A DNA stretch of 63,311 bases, filler included, from Piptocephalis cylindrospora (Eukaryota): the NCBI GenBank assembly GCA_003614145.1. It is 13 parts of 13 records of this genome, joined end to end, with 100 filler letters (N's around TTAATTAATTAA, not from the genome) between each part and the next. Parts side by side here need not be neighbours in the genome. Positions count along the whole stretch, not along the records: positions 24,424 to 29,211 come from KZ988475.1; positions 29,312 to 34,096 come from KZ988476.1; positions 34,197 to 38,976 come from KZ988477.1; 10 more parts are not named here. One strand, 5' to 3'. The stretch's first letter is position 1; the number at the start of each line of letters is the position of its first letter. Made by a program: the position numbers and the translations under genes. Shown here piece after piece: positions 25,783 through 37,349 of this stretch. The notes beneath the pieces are model-generated. The model was not told the DNA's origin, searched no databases, and was given only the letters and a program-made list of their open reading frames with translations.

Positions 25783-26400
25783 CTACTCGGAAACAGGGTG
25801 AAGGAGAAGAACCTTTCCACTATCCAACAGAATCCGGGCTGGGGAACCAAGCGTGGCCACTCCATCCCGGACACGCTCCTCGCCAAGGCGCTGACGAAGC
25901 ATAAAGCACACCAGCTCAAGGATCGACGAACGCACATGAATCTTGGGCTCAATGGGTGTCACAGGAAGGACCTGTGATTCAAAAAGCCCTGATAGATGTT
26001 CGTACCGACGAAGACAAGCCACCACCTCCCGCACCGACGTCAACGTAGTACCGGGCCGGAAGTTAGCCGGCGACGTGGGTGAGACCGAGCGCACCGCCGG
26101 GGGAGACGGGGCCCTAGCAGGCGTCTTTGCCCGAGTGGGGATAAGGGCCGGGGAGGGGGGAGGGATGGAGGGGCTCAAGGGAGCTTTCTCCGCCTCCTGT
26201 CCCAGGGATCGAGTACGAAGAGCAGGAGGGATGTACGCAAGACGACGGGACTTGGGCCCCACCGGAGTGGGGAGGGGCTCCATGACATGGCGGGGATCCG
26301 ACTTGGGCGTCTGTAGAGGGGCGAGGGGCCGGAGGGGAGTAGCATTGGGACCGGCAACGGTGGCAAGGGTGAGGAGGAATGGGTTGTTGGAGACCTGCAT
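25783..26400 (-). CDS. Hypothetical protein, Pro-rich N-half
   Basis: Open frame from MQVSNNPF, preceded by a pyrimidine-rich leader. No family recognised. Confidence 0.45.
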   Translation of the reverse strand: MQVSNNPFLLTLATVAGPNATPLRPLAPLQTPKSDPRHVMEPLPTPVGPKSRRLAYIPPALRTRSLGQEAEKAPLSPSIPPPSPALIPTRAKTPARAPSPPAVRSVSPTSPANFRPGTTLTSVREVVACLRRYEHLSGLFESQVLPVTPIEPKIHVRSSILELVCFMLRQRLGEERVRDGVATLGSPARILLDSGKVLLLHPVSE

Positions 26401-27566
26401 GATGATGGGGAAAACGTGTTGAGAGATGGTGTGTGTGAATGTGGACGTGAAGCTGCGTGAAATGGAGGAACGGTGCTCTAAAAGACGTGATAAGAGAGAA
26501 GAAAGGGAGAGAGGGGCGTGGCTGGCGTGAGAGGGGAAGGCGGGAAATGGGAAGGGTGGGGGTCGTGTCTGAGGGGAGGCGGGATGAAGGAGACGTTGAA
26601 AAGGGCGGAAGAGTGAGTGATGTCTTGGGGTGGGAGTGGCGGGCAAGGAACGGAAGGCTGACGAGAAGGCAAGGTGGAAGTGCACGAAAGGAAAGGGAAA
26701 GGGTGATGGAAATAGAGGATGGATGAATTGAGGAAAAGGCCCAAGGGCTCACTCTTCTTATAGGAATATCCCAATCGTAAATACCTTTCCCTCCACCCAT
26801 CCCCTACTGTACCAATCATCCCATTTTGAGCGGATGCTGGCGGCCCCTGAAATCGGAGTATCAAAATTATCAGTCGGAAGTGGGCGGAGTTGAGGAGCGC
26901 CAGGTGGCATATCGGTATTTCCTTAGGGTGACAACTCCGCTCCGACCTTCTTCCACTCCGATTTATACTCCGGCCTTGCCCCTTGCTGCCTGAGTAAATA
27001 CGTGTATTATTCCGGCACTCCCTTTGATGAGGGATGGAAGAGTGGCCAGATCTAAACAAGAAGGATATCATAGATTGGAAAGCGATTAGGCCCAGATCTA
27101 GGGCAAATCCTTCACTGTCTTATCCTCCTAGAGTCCTTTCCCTCTCACTTCAGGGACCAAGGGAGGATGGAATATGGCCTCATCCATCAACATGGATACA
27201 AGAGGAAGCGGATAAGGCGTGACAATCCCCTAGAGTATCAACACCATGAATTATTTTATATGTATTATTAATACACCAGATGATATTATTTTAATAAAAG
27301 GGGTGCTTGTATTTTAACAATTACTCATGAAAAGCATCATGCTAGCCTGGCCCTTCTATAATTTTTTCCATATCTTGATTATATTATTATGACAATAGTG
27401 AATTTTCTTCAATTCCAGCCCTATTTATAGTGAAATTATTCACATATTCTATTCCACATTTCACCGTCACAGTCCGTAAGGCCTTGAGCGCGAGTATTTC
27501 CGATATAATCCGAACAGCGTATCCGCATTCACCTCCCCCCTCCCTCCCTATTCATTCTCTCCCAAC

Positions 27567-28277
27567 ATGTCCCCTTCCTTACATGACATTCTACGTGATA
27601 AGTTTCCCGACTGGAAAAACGCTCCTTTACCAGCCCAATGCTCCTGTCTTCATCCCCATCCAACCTGTCCATTCCGAGCCCTGGGAATGAAGGGACCTGT
27701 GGATAGGGCTTTAGCCAAGTCTAGGTATTATGATCTCTGCCGAATCCTCCACCCCGACATTATTGGCTCGGACCGGGAGGGACGCGCGCACTTTCATCGT
27801 GTTTCCGAAGCCTGGAGGCTTCTGGAGCTTAGGCCCATGTACGCCCCGAGCCGCTCAGTCCTCTCCACTACCCGACCCTCTTGCAGCTTTCAGTATGGCA
27901 TAGGGCTGTCTTCGGGCATGGACCATCGTTATGGTGGACATGGTCCTACTGCCCCATCACCGCCTATACGACCTGCCCGCTTTCTTCTCAATGGCACCCT
28001 AATTGCCACCGTCTTTGTCGCCCTAGGCATCGTTACGACCATGAAGTATTGCAAGGAGCAGTATGGGCATGGCCGAGTGACTCCTTCCTCTTCTTCCTCC
28101 CTCTCTACTGCTCCTCCCTTACAGGATGAGCGTGCCATTGGTCGACACCTCAAGCTTACAGAGGAAAGGGCCCGAAGAGAAGGAGCCGAGGGGGCCATGA
28201 ATCGGTTTCGGGAGGAGGCCAAGGCTCACGCTTCCCTTTACCCCGATAGACCCTCGACCAAACGAGATGATGTGTAA
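27567..28277 (+). CDS. J-domain (DnaJ) protein with one predicted TM helix
   Basis: KSRYYDLCRILHPD..AHFHRVSEAWRLL (HPD motif) plus hydrophobic LIATVFVALGIV. Confidence 0.8.
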   Translation: MSPSLHDILRDKFPDWKNAPLPAQCSCLHPHPTCPFRALGMKGPVDRALAKSRYYDLCRILHPDIIGSDREGRAHFHRVSEAWRLLELRPMYAPSRSVLSTTRPSCSFQYGIGLSSGMDHRYGGHGPTAPSPPIRPARFLLNGTLIATVFVALGIVTTMKYCKEQYGHGRVTPSSSSSLSTAPPLQDERAIGRHLKLTEERARREGAEGAMNRFREEAKAHASLYPDRPSTKRDDV

Positions 28278-28376
28278 GGATAGCGTATGTATTTTTTATT
28301 TTAGAAAAGTTATACTGTGTTGTACATGGGGTGTGTAGTGCTATTTTAGGGAGGGATGGGTATCCTTGTCCCAAAG

Positions 28377-29211
28377 TCAAGGACTCTCCTTACGCCTTGA
28401 ATAACTTGCTAGAAAACGTTGTAGGGATCGCCATTGAAAGCTTTGATGGGTGCTAGAAAGGCGCTGAACCCTACCTATACGATCATCGCCTAGGTCATCT
28501 TGATATCGCTTTAGGACCTGGAGGAGCAAGTTGGCCTGAGTGGCCTGACCCGAGGAAGACATGGTCCCCGGAGAGTTATCCCGGCATAATCGATCCGTCA
28601 AGCTCTGAATGGCGCCTGGGGAGATAATCCGGGTCTGTCCTTGCCTCTCCCTGCTCACGACATGGGGAGAGAGGAGGATGCTGGAAGACACAATGATAAC
28701 CACTTCGATATCTTTTCCTTCTTGCGTGAGTGACCTAATCAGCATTGAGAGGGAGGGAGATGGTGAGATGGATGTCGTGAGATCCCATCGAGCATACATA
28801 CATCAGAGTGGAATCTAGATCCGACGGGGTAAGGGCCTCAACTATCCATTTGATCACCGTCCCGACCACTTGAGCATCTATGACGGGGGTATGAGTGAGG
28901 AATGGGAGGGTCTTTTTTTCCTTTTCACGGCGTCAATCCACCTACTCTCAGGGAAAAGACTCAAAGGCTGAAGCAATGCCTGCTCCACTACCCTACCCTC
29001 CTGAGTCACGAGAGATCTCAGAGCCTCTTGGAAGGGTCGTGAGGGTCGATGGACCAGGGCCTGGACCCTGTTAAGGAGAAGTGCCTGTAGAAAGGAGACA
29101 CGTGTTGGAAAGGGTGGTGTCGAGGTGGAGACGTGATGGATATACCCATGGATTAGGAGAAGTAAACAAGACTCGGGAAGCTCTAGAAACTCTGGCCATT
29201 CCCCCTCCCAG
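28377..29211 (-). CDS. FANCE: Fanconi anemia group E (FANCE) C-terminal domain homologue, 3 exons, 5'-truncated
   Basis: Spliced LELPESCLLLL..FLQALLLNRVQALVHRPSRPFQEALRSL..ALLQPL ... SLTDRLCR..QANLLLQVLKRYQ..THQSFQWRSLQRFL parallels the FANCE C-terminal helical repeats (judged by eye). Confidence 0.65.
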
Positions 29212-29311
29212 NNNNNNNNNNNNNNNNNNNNNNNNNNNNNNNNNNNNNNNNNNNNTTAATTAATTAANNNNNNNNNNNNNNNNNNNNNNNNNNNNNNNNN
29301 NNNNNNNNNNN

Positions 29312-29582
29312 CAGATCGTTCAAATCAAATGCATCAAAGATCAAATAGAGACGCGAGAAAGGAAGAGTAACAATGCTAAATAATGAAATGTATTGGGGAT
29401 GATCACAATCCTCCCTTTTCCCTGTCTTCACAAATTAATCTTTAACGAAGAGCTAGAAACTCTTCTTCGAACACCGTTGCTTCATGGATTTTCCGATTCT
29501 TTCTATTTTTCCCTCGCACTTCTTCCTTCCTCTTTCAATGGCCGCTCTCCTTTTATCCCTCATCAACATTCGTAATTTGTAC
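29312..29582 (+). repeat. Diverged repeat, left arm (inverted copy at 33819-34096)
   Basis: First 55 bp identical to the reverse complement of the contig's other end, then colinear but diverged for about 215 bp. Confidence 0.85.
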
Positions 29583-29888
29583 TTTAAGTCAGGCCTAAGC
29601 ATCGTCTCGGATAAGCTTGGCACGAGCCGTAGAACGCCTTAATAAACGGCTATTCCTAAGATGGCCTACCTTACCCTATCCCCCATCCCCTATCCCCCAC
29701 CCAACATAAAATGATCCTTGCAAATTTTGGCATTTTCGCCCCTTTGGGGACTGTTGCTCTCAAGGGCAGCTCACGCGTCATTAAGGCATGCAGAAACCCA
29801 TCCTTACTGCCACACTCGATCTAGACGCGCTAGTCTTTTCTCCCATCTCTCTTTACCGCCACCCCCCTCCAGTATTCATCAAAAGGCT

Positions 29889-31088
29889 ATGAGCTCCTTT
29901 AAACGACGTGTTCCCTCGACAACAGTCAAGGGAGCCACTAGTGGGAAGGTTCCTGCACCAGCCTCGGGTGCTCAAGGAGTCAAACCATCTATCCATCTTC
30001 CTGGTCACACCTTGACTTCCACAGGTGTCCCCTCCCTGGACGAGGTCCTGGGTGGGGGCGTGCCTTTGGGCTCGGTCCTCCTCCTGGAAGAGGATTACCC
30101 CACTGGTTATGCAAAGCATCTGTTAAAGTACTGGGTCAGTGAAGGTCTAGCACAAGGTCACCGCACGATTCTGGTCAGTGCTGATCGGGGCGACGACATG
30201 GTCCGCGAACTGCCCGCTTGGCGAGAGGATGTCTCGAGCACCTCGGCTTCCTCGAGCGCCTCGGCTTCCTCGAGCACCCCAGCTCCCTTGAGCACCTCAG
30301 CTCCCTTGAGCACCTCAGCTCCCTCCAATGCCCTTCCCGGCATGAGTGGGCCTGGAAAAATGAAGATCGCATGGAGATACGAACGCCTGCCCAAACTCGA
30401 TCAACCCTCGCCTCCCCCTGCTTCTGGAGCCGGCCCCGGTAGGACTCCTTACCACCATGTCTATGACCATCTACGACCCATTACCAAGGAGACCTTGGAG
30501 GAAAAGGCAGGGTATTTACACTTTGTCGATGCGCGTGACTGGACCGAGGAATCCGATCCCATGTACCACCGACTATGGCAGGTCATCACCCAGGCCATTC
30601 ACAACCGTCCTCCAAATAAAACGGAGATCGATATCACTCGCATTGCTCTGGACTCCCTGGGGTCTCCATCCTGGGGTCCTGGTGCCCAGGGCCTCATCCC
30701 CTTCCTGCATCGTCTGACCTCCTTCATCCACGATGCCACAGGCTCCTCCATCGCCTGTGTCCTCACCATCCCCTCCCATGTTCTCTCCCAAGCCACCGTC
30801 CTCCGGGCTTTCCATCTGGCCGACGCTGTCTTGGCCCTCGAGCCTCTTGGCACCGAAACGGGTCCCACGGGTCCAGGTGGGTATGCCGGCAGGATCCGCA
30901 TCCACAAGGCGCCCACCATGGGCGCCCTCCGCTCCGCATCCAGTAAAATGGGCTGGATGGGTGCTGATTTAGCCTTCAAGTGGGGCCGTCGACGTGGTCT
31001 CACCCTAGAGAGATTTAGCCTGCCGCCTGAAGGGGGCGTCGGTGCTCGAAGAACCCGGGGTGAGGGGGATGATCCTTTGGCCTTTTAA
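29889..31088 (+). CDS. ELP4: Elongator complex protein 4
   Basis: MSSFKRR, TSTG.PSLD.VLGGG.PLGS.LL.EED, MKIAWRY, RIALDSLGSPSW, LAFK..RR..LERFSLPP. Confidence 0.93.
   Translation: MSSFKRRVPSTTVKGATSGKVPAPASGAQGVKPSIHLPGHTLTSTGVPSLDEVLGGGVPLGSVLLLEEDYPTGYAKHLLKYWVSEGLAQGHRTILVSADRGDDMVRELPAWREDVSSTSASSSASASSSTPAPLSTSAPLSTSAPSNALPGMSGPGKMKIAWRYERLPKLDQPSPPPASGAGPGRTPYHHVYDHLRPITKETLEEKAGYLHFVDARDWTEESDPMYHRLWQVITQAIHNRPPNKTEIDITRIALDSLGSPSWGPGAQGLIPFLHRLTSFIHDATGSSIACVLTIPSHVLSQATVLRAFHLADAVLALEPLGTETGPTGPGGYAGRIRIHKAPTMGALRSASSKMGWMGADLAFKWGRRRGLTLERFSLPPEGGVGARRTRGEGDDPLAF
30234..30323 (+). repeat. In-frame 18-bp tandem repeat x5 inside ELP4 (SSTSAS/LSTSAP)
   Basis: TYGAGCRCCYCRGCTYCC units read directly. 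Confidence 0.85.
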
Positions 31089-31118
31089 TAGTAATAGCAA
31101 TAGTAGAGATGGCATCAA

Positions 31119-31216
31119 AAATGCCCTTGTTTTCCGTGGCAATGACAGAAATGCCCTTGTTTTCCGCGGCAGTGGCAGAAATGCCCTACATTCATAGACG
31201 ATGACAGAAATGCCCT
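31119..31216 (+). repeat. Degenerate ~30-bp tandem repeat just 3' of ELP4
   Basis: AAATGCCCT recurs at 31119, 31149, 31179 and 31208. Confidence 0.85.
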
Positions 31217-31890
31217 GCATGCACAGACCATATCCCTAGGTCGGTATATTCCCTTTGGTGATACAGGCCAGCGTGAAGCGGTACTGTATGTCAGCCCCGC
31301 AATTGCTGTTACAGGTATCTTTCTCGTTGTCAGGATCTCGATGTTATGGCCTTCCCCTATGCACATGAACCTTACATCAAAGTCTAGTCAGAGTTTGAGC
31401 GATGTAATTGCTTGATGGCTTGGTCTTTACCACCGCCCACCCCATGCTAGTGTTTGAGGGCCCAAAGGGGATATAATAATAGATGATCAAAGTAAGGGGT
31501 TGCATTGACATGGCTATAAATGGCAAAGCGAGAGCATGGGTGGAAGCATTACTACTAGGATTCACTGTGGTACAGGATCAACAGTTGCTGTTTGGAAAAT
31601 TGGCATTTAGATACAATAGAATGTTCTTCAGAGCTATGCGAGGCTTCTATCGCATATATGCCATCTAGGCCTGGGCATAATGGCCCATAAAGATGTATCT
31701 GGGGACTCGATGAATTGCCAGTGATCGATGAGCAGACTGGCGGTGCAGTGAGAAACTGCTCCTACGAAAACCAAAAAGAATGAGGGTGGATTTCACGAAT
31801 CTATTATGGCCAGAGATTCCTGAAAAATACTCAACTACCAAGTAGTGGAAGAGGGAGGAGACGCATGATTGACTGAGGGACAAAATCTCA

Positions 31891-32385
31891 TCAATCTTTG
31901 TTAGCATCCATTTTGCCAACGCAAGTCCCAAGGAGACCCTCAGATACAAGACCGAGAAGTTCATCCTTAGAGGCTACGGTAGTCCCTCCTAATAAACCAG
32001 GGAAAGCAGTATCATCACGTAGCTTATAGGCCTTGCACTTGTAAACGGTGTGACACTGAGGTGGATAGTGCTTACTAATGTCGCAGAATTGCTCACCATC
32101 ACCATCGACAGTGTTAGCCTTGGACCGCTCCTCCACTTCCTCATAAGAGACAGGGGTCGTAGGGATAGGCATAGCAGATGATAATGACTTCGTTGCGTTG
32201 TCCTGTTCAGAGCCATCGCCTCCCGAGCCACTGTCTCCAGATCCACTGTCTACAGATTTAGGAATATCCAAACTCTCATCATCTTCACCGCTCCCAGAGT
32301 TCTCGTCCTTGGGAGCGGGAGTAGCAGCAACAGTAAGGGCCATGGCCAGCATGGCGGAGACGAGTAGGATGGAGGTGAGCTTCAT
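31891..32385 (-). CDS. Small secreted protein (164 aa, acidic Ser/Gly linker, 4 Cys)
   Basis: Signal peptide MKLTSILLVSAMLAMALTVAA, intronless. Confidence 0.75.
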   Translation of the reverse strand: MKLTSILLVSAMLAMALTVAATPAPKDENSGSGEDDESLDIPKSVDSGSGDSGSGGDGSEQDNATKSLSSAMPIPTTPVSYEEVEERSKANTVDGDGEQFCDISKHYPPQCHTVYKCKAYKLRDDTAFPGLLGGTTVASKDELLGLVSEGLLGTCVGKMDANKD

Positions 32386-33818
32386 GGTGAAGAAGTGGTG
32401 GTGATGGGGGGAAACGGGAGTATCGCTTGACGAGAAAAGTAGAGGGATAGGGAAGAGACCAAAGCTCTTTGAAGAGGGAAAGGTGGTAGAAGGGTGGTAG
32501 GAATGGGTAGGTTGGGGGATGAGCAGGATGGGATGGGAGGGAAGGGTGTCGACCTGACCTCTATTTAAGTCTATCGCGATGGGGGCTAGGCGAAATAATC
32601 GGCATAACGGAATGCACCTTAAGAACATAGTAGGAGATGGTTAGTAAATGGTGTTGTTCTCACACCCAAGGAGGAAGAGGGACGGAGATGGAGCCCCAGT
32701 ATTGTCAGGAGATGTGAAGAAAAGAAGATGACCAACCAGAGGAGGATGATCGGAGAGTGGATTCAACCTCCGCTTCAAGTTCCTTCTCCGATTCAAGGGT
32801 CTCCACAATATATTCTCACATCCCTGCTTTCCCTGTCTCAGAACACCCATAGAAAACCTCAGCGAAGTAACCGCTCATCCTCTCTAGGCTCTCTCGCGCT
32901 CCTGGATTCATCCCAGCATGTCTGAAAAGCATAGAATTGTCCTATTCATCCATTGGTTTTCCGCTTTCAACAGCTGCTTGATAGTCTTGGCATAGAAAGG
33001 TGGAATGGAAATCCATCTATCCCCTGAGAAGTAAGTCTGGAGCAATATCATTCCAGTGAAGGGAGATGACTTACGAAGAGACGCCGTTACAATATTCCTT
33101 CTTAGCAGCACACTCTTATTTGCGCCCATCCTCTGTTCTTGGGATATATTTTATAGAGCCTTCTGACAGGATCAGTAAGACTCCCAATCAATCGGTCCTT
33201 CTGACGACGCTGCCGGGATCGCAGCCTACTGTGGACAAGAGAGGAGTCCCCATAGTGAGGTCCACAAGCAAGGACTAAGAAGTAGATATAGATATATATG
33301 TATATGTGTATCTATATCTGTATGCGTCAGGGTGCTGGGTTGTCCCTAGCAAGACGGGACAAGAGAGAGCATTCCCCACCTTGGGGGGGAAAAACACCTT
33401 GATTCTGCATCCGACTGAGGGGCCAAGAAAGCAACACGTATTCATTTCCCCAGACATCCAAGATCCCCATCGTGCATGGAACCTAACGCGCAGAGGTTCC
33501 GACAAAACTTCTGTTTGATTAGCCATAAAGCTATACTCCATCTCTTCAAAAAGCACTTTGCCTGGTTTAATTCCGATCCTTATGAAGAGAATCTAATCAT
33601 TCGGAACTCAATCCTATGCTCAAGTCAATGCTGGGGCACAACTCCTTATCAACCCACCATGCTCTCCAGGATATGATTGCTAATATCTTGAAGCCCATTG
33701 GATACATCATCTCTTTTCAATTTGACCGTTGTGATTGGAACCTCACTATCTTTGAAATTCTTATCACGCTTTCATTTGATCTTTCTGATCAAATGGACCC
33801 TCTTTCCACACTTTCCTT

Positions 33819-34096
33819 GCATATTACTGAATTCTGGTGAATAGTAAAAGAAGAACGGTCACCGAAAGAAGACCGATGGAGAAGTAGGAAGAGGAAATGG
33901 GAGAGATCGGAAGACTCATGGAGGAAGCAACTGTTTTGCAAAGGAAAGCTTCTAGCTTTTCTTTAAAGATTAATTTGCGAAGACAGGGAAAAGGGAGGAT
34001 TGTAGCCACCCCCAATACATTTCCCTATTTAGTACTACTAATCTTCCTTTCTCGCGTCTCTATTTGATCTTTGATGCATTTGATTTGAACGATCTG
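33819..34096 (-). repeat. Diverged repeat, right arm (inverted relative to 29312-29582)
   Basis: See left arm. Confidence 0.85.
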
Positions 34097-34196
34097 NNNN
34101 NNNNNNNNNNNNNNNNNNNNNNNNNNNNNNNNNNNNNNNNTTAATTAATTAANNNNNNNNNNNNNNNNNNNNNNNNNNNNNNNNNNNNNNNNNNNN

Positions 34197-36730
34197 CGGG
34201 CCTACGAGATGTCTATACCCTGGCCGCCGGTCTCACCAAGCATGGCCTTCACCAGGTGTCTATCGTCCCGCAGGCCAAGGTGCCCATCGTAAAACTCTGG
34301 GACCCAGAGTTGTCATTGGCTGTAGATGTCAATGTCAATAACCCCATTGCCCTGCAAAACACACGAATGGTCAAGGCGTACGTTGGGATCGACCCAAGGG
34401 TTCGACCTCTCATGCTCATTGTCAAGAGGTGGACCAAACAACGGGAATTGAACGATGCTGCAGCTGGCGGTACCCTCTCTACCTACACTTGGGTCAACAT
34501 GCTTATTCAATACCTTCAACTTCGAGATCCCCCCGTCCTCCCAGTTCTTCAGCAGCTAGGGAGACCCCAAGATGATCGGGCTGTCCACTCGGCCTATTTT
34601 TACGACGATCTCTCCTCCCTCCAGAATTGGGGGAAAAGGAATGAGGAAGGTCTAGGTCGGCTTCTCTATGGCTTCTTCCACTTTTACACTCATACTTACA
34701 CCTATGCCCGGGATGTGGTAAGCGTCCGGATGGGTCGGTTCCTCACGAGAAAGGAGAAGGGCTGGCATGAGGGAAGGCACGCCCGGATCCTCTGTGTCGA
34801 GGAGCCCTTCACCGAGTGGAGGAATCTGGGTAATTCAGCGGACGACACCAGTGTCCATGGGATCCAGGAAGAACTACGTCGAGCACAGCGAATCCTGGAT
34901 GGAACGGAAAAGATCTCCTCTGGGCCCAAGGGCCCCGCAAGACCTCGTATCCTAGAGGCAATGTGTGAACAATTCACTTTTCCTTCCGAGACCCTCAAGT
35001 TGGTGAGTGGGAAGGGCCGGGATACCGGTGAAGAACGAAGGGGCGGAGGTCGATCGCAAAGTCATACCGGGAGAATATCGAGTGGTCGTGGTAGTAGCGG
35101 TAGTGGATCGGGAGGGTCCAAAGGCAGGGGGAGGAGTCATAGTAGTTGCCCCAATCGGTCCTCTGGAGGAGTCCCTCCCCCTCCCACCCTCACTCAGTCC
35201 TCCTTGTCCATGGGGCAGAGGCCCTTGTCCAATAATGGCAACAACAGCAATAATCCCATGATTGATGTGGAAGGAGGTAAAGAGGTGGAAGTGGCGAGGA
35301 TGAGGGCTGCTCTCAACTCCTTTGCCCAAATGGGCGGGGCCGAGGAGGTTAAGGAACTCTTGCAAGCAGGGAATCGATCCGTGTCTGGGGATGATAGGAG
35401 GAGGGAGGGCAGGTCGGTCAGCCCACTACGACCCATCCCTGTTGGTGCTATCCAGGATGGGGGGGATCAAAGGGTTGTGGCTCCGGGATGGTTAAATGGT
35501 GGTCATGCCCATTCCGCCAGTATGACCCTCCCCACTGCCCCTTCCTCCACCATCTCCACCTCCCATGGGGGCCAGCATCAAAGGTCGATCAGTGGAAGCG
35601 GAAGGGATGCAGGAATGATCGTTTCCCCCCCTCCCCCTGGTCTGGTCTCTCCTTTCCTCCTTTCCCTGGGGACCAGTATGGGTGCTATGCCTAATGGTTC
35701 ACCCCCCCCTCCCCCATCTTCCACAGCCAGCCTTCCTCTCCATCCCGTTGCGTTACCTCTCTCCACCGGGGGAACCGCCCGCTTCCTTCCTGGGGCAGGC
35801 CTAGGCCATGGAATGAGGGATACTGAGGGCATGTCCATGCCCTGCCCCCCCATCCAACCACCCGTAAATCCCCTGACCAACGGCCATTTGGGTAGGATGG
35901 ACCCTGGCCTATCCCCCTCCTCCTATGGCCCAATCCTTACGGGGAAGAGTCAGAGTGCTGGGCCCACCGATGGGATTTATCAAGTGGTTGAAGTGATGAA
36001 CGGAGGAGGGGCTACAGGGGCACCTGGGCTTTTGGGCCCCCCAAGGGAGACTACCAGCCCCATCCCGGTCCCTCGTGGAGTCTGGGCTGTAGATGGAGCC
36101 CATATACCCCATAAGGGTTCCCACTCCGAGGGCGGTGGAAGGAAGTGTGGAGGGGGTAAGGGATCTGGCGGGGGTAAGGGTCATGTTGGGAGGAGGAGAG
36201 GTAGTTGCAATGGGTATCCCCTCCCGGGTCATGGCTCCTCTGTCCTTCCCCAAAGCACTGGCTTCCAAAACCGTGGATCTAGCAAGGAAGCAAGGCGAGG
36301 GGGAGGGCAAGAAGAGACAGTAGAGGAGGTCAAGGGGGACGGTACATCCGCCGACCCCGCTGTCCCCGTCTCCGCCGGACGAAAGAGTAAACCCCGAAGG
36401 AAGAAGACGGTCAGTCGATCGATTAGTAGTAATGGGGAGGGGGGAGAGGATGGTCTTTCAGCTCAAGGTCCCTCCAATTCCGGAAATAACAATACTCCTC
36501 GTCATCCGGATTCCTCGGGTACGGAAAAGACCAAAAGTCGACGGGCCGGTGGGAGAAGGAAGGGAGGAAGCACCGCCGAACCTTCCGATGGTAGTGGTGG
36601 GGCCCCTGGAGCAAGCAGTACAAGGAAAAGACACGGTCCCAAGGGAGGAGGAGTAACGAACAAGGAGGTCGTGGATGGGGAGGGTGCCTCATATCGCCTG
36701 GGCAGCGAATCTACCCTCGAGGGTCATTGA
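34197..36730 (+). CDS. Non-canonical poly(A)/poly(U) polymerase (Cid11/Cid13-like), 5'-truncated, long disordered tail
   Basis: AKVPIVKLWDP..L.VD.N.NN..ALQNTRM, KRWTKQRELNDAA.GGTLSTY.W, PPVLPVLQ, LCVEEPF...RNLGNSAD. Confidence 0.9.
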
Positions 36731-37349
36731 CAAGAGATCCTTTTAAGGGTGTGTCAAGTCAGGCACAAATGGGAAAGCAGGGAGAGAAGGATGAGATGAT
36801 GTGTTTTCCCTCAATGACGTGTGGTCAAGACTCTACAATGTAGCATTTTCCTTCTTTTTTTTTGAAAAAATATTACTTTTACTTGATTTGTTGCGCTCTA
36901 TTGAACCTGAGTAGAAATGAGATGGATAAATGGAGGACGGGCATATGATGATGCATAAGGAGTCTTTGATCGTATTTGTGTGTGATGGGTACAAGAGCGG
37001 AATTAAGCACACTCAAGAGTAAATACCCCCAGGTACAGATAAGTATTGATCGAAAGATAGATTATGCCCCCCGTGTCTATGCGTGTGTGGGAGTGTGTGT
37101 GGTCCTTTTTTTTCACCATCCAACAGCATGTGCTGCTCTTTGTCGGTGAAGGGACTCACCGATTTATAAAAGGGGAGAGCGGAGTGAGCTGTACGAACTT
37201 TGGATCTTCGTCATCTCCTTTCTCCCCTTCCTCCTTCCCCCATTCACTGGTCAAGATAACAACGATTCCTTCAGTAAAAGACACACCATTCCCCCCTTTG
37301 GTTTAGTCTGTCCTTCAGTGCCACTCCTCCCATCTTCCCTCAGTCTACT

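Noticed and set aside
31119..31216. CRISPR-like repeat/spacer pattern
   Set aside because: Core is only 9-12 bp, the 'spacers' resemble each other, the context is eukaryotic and no cas genes are present.
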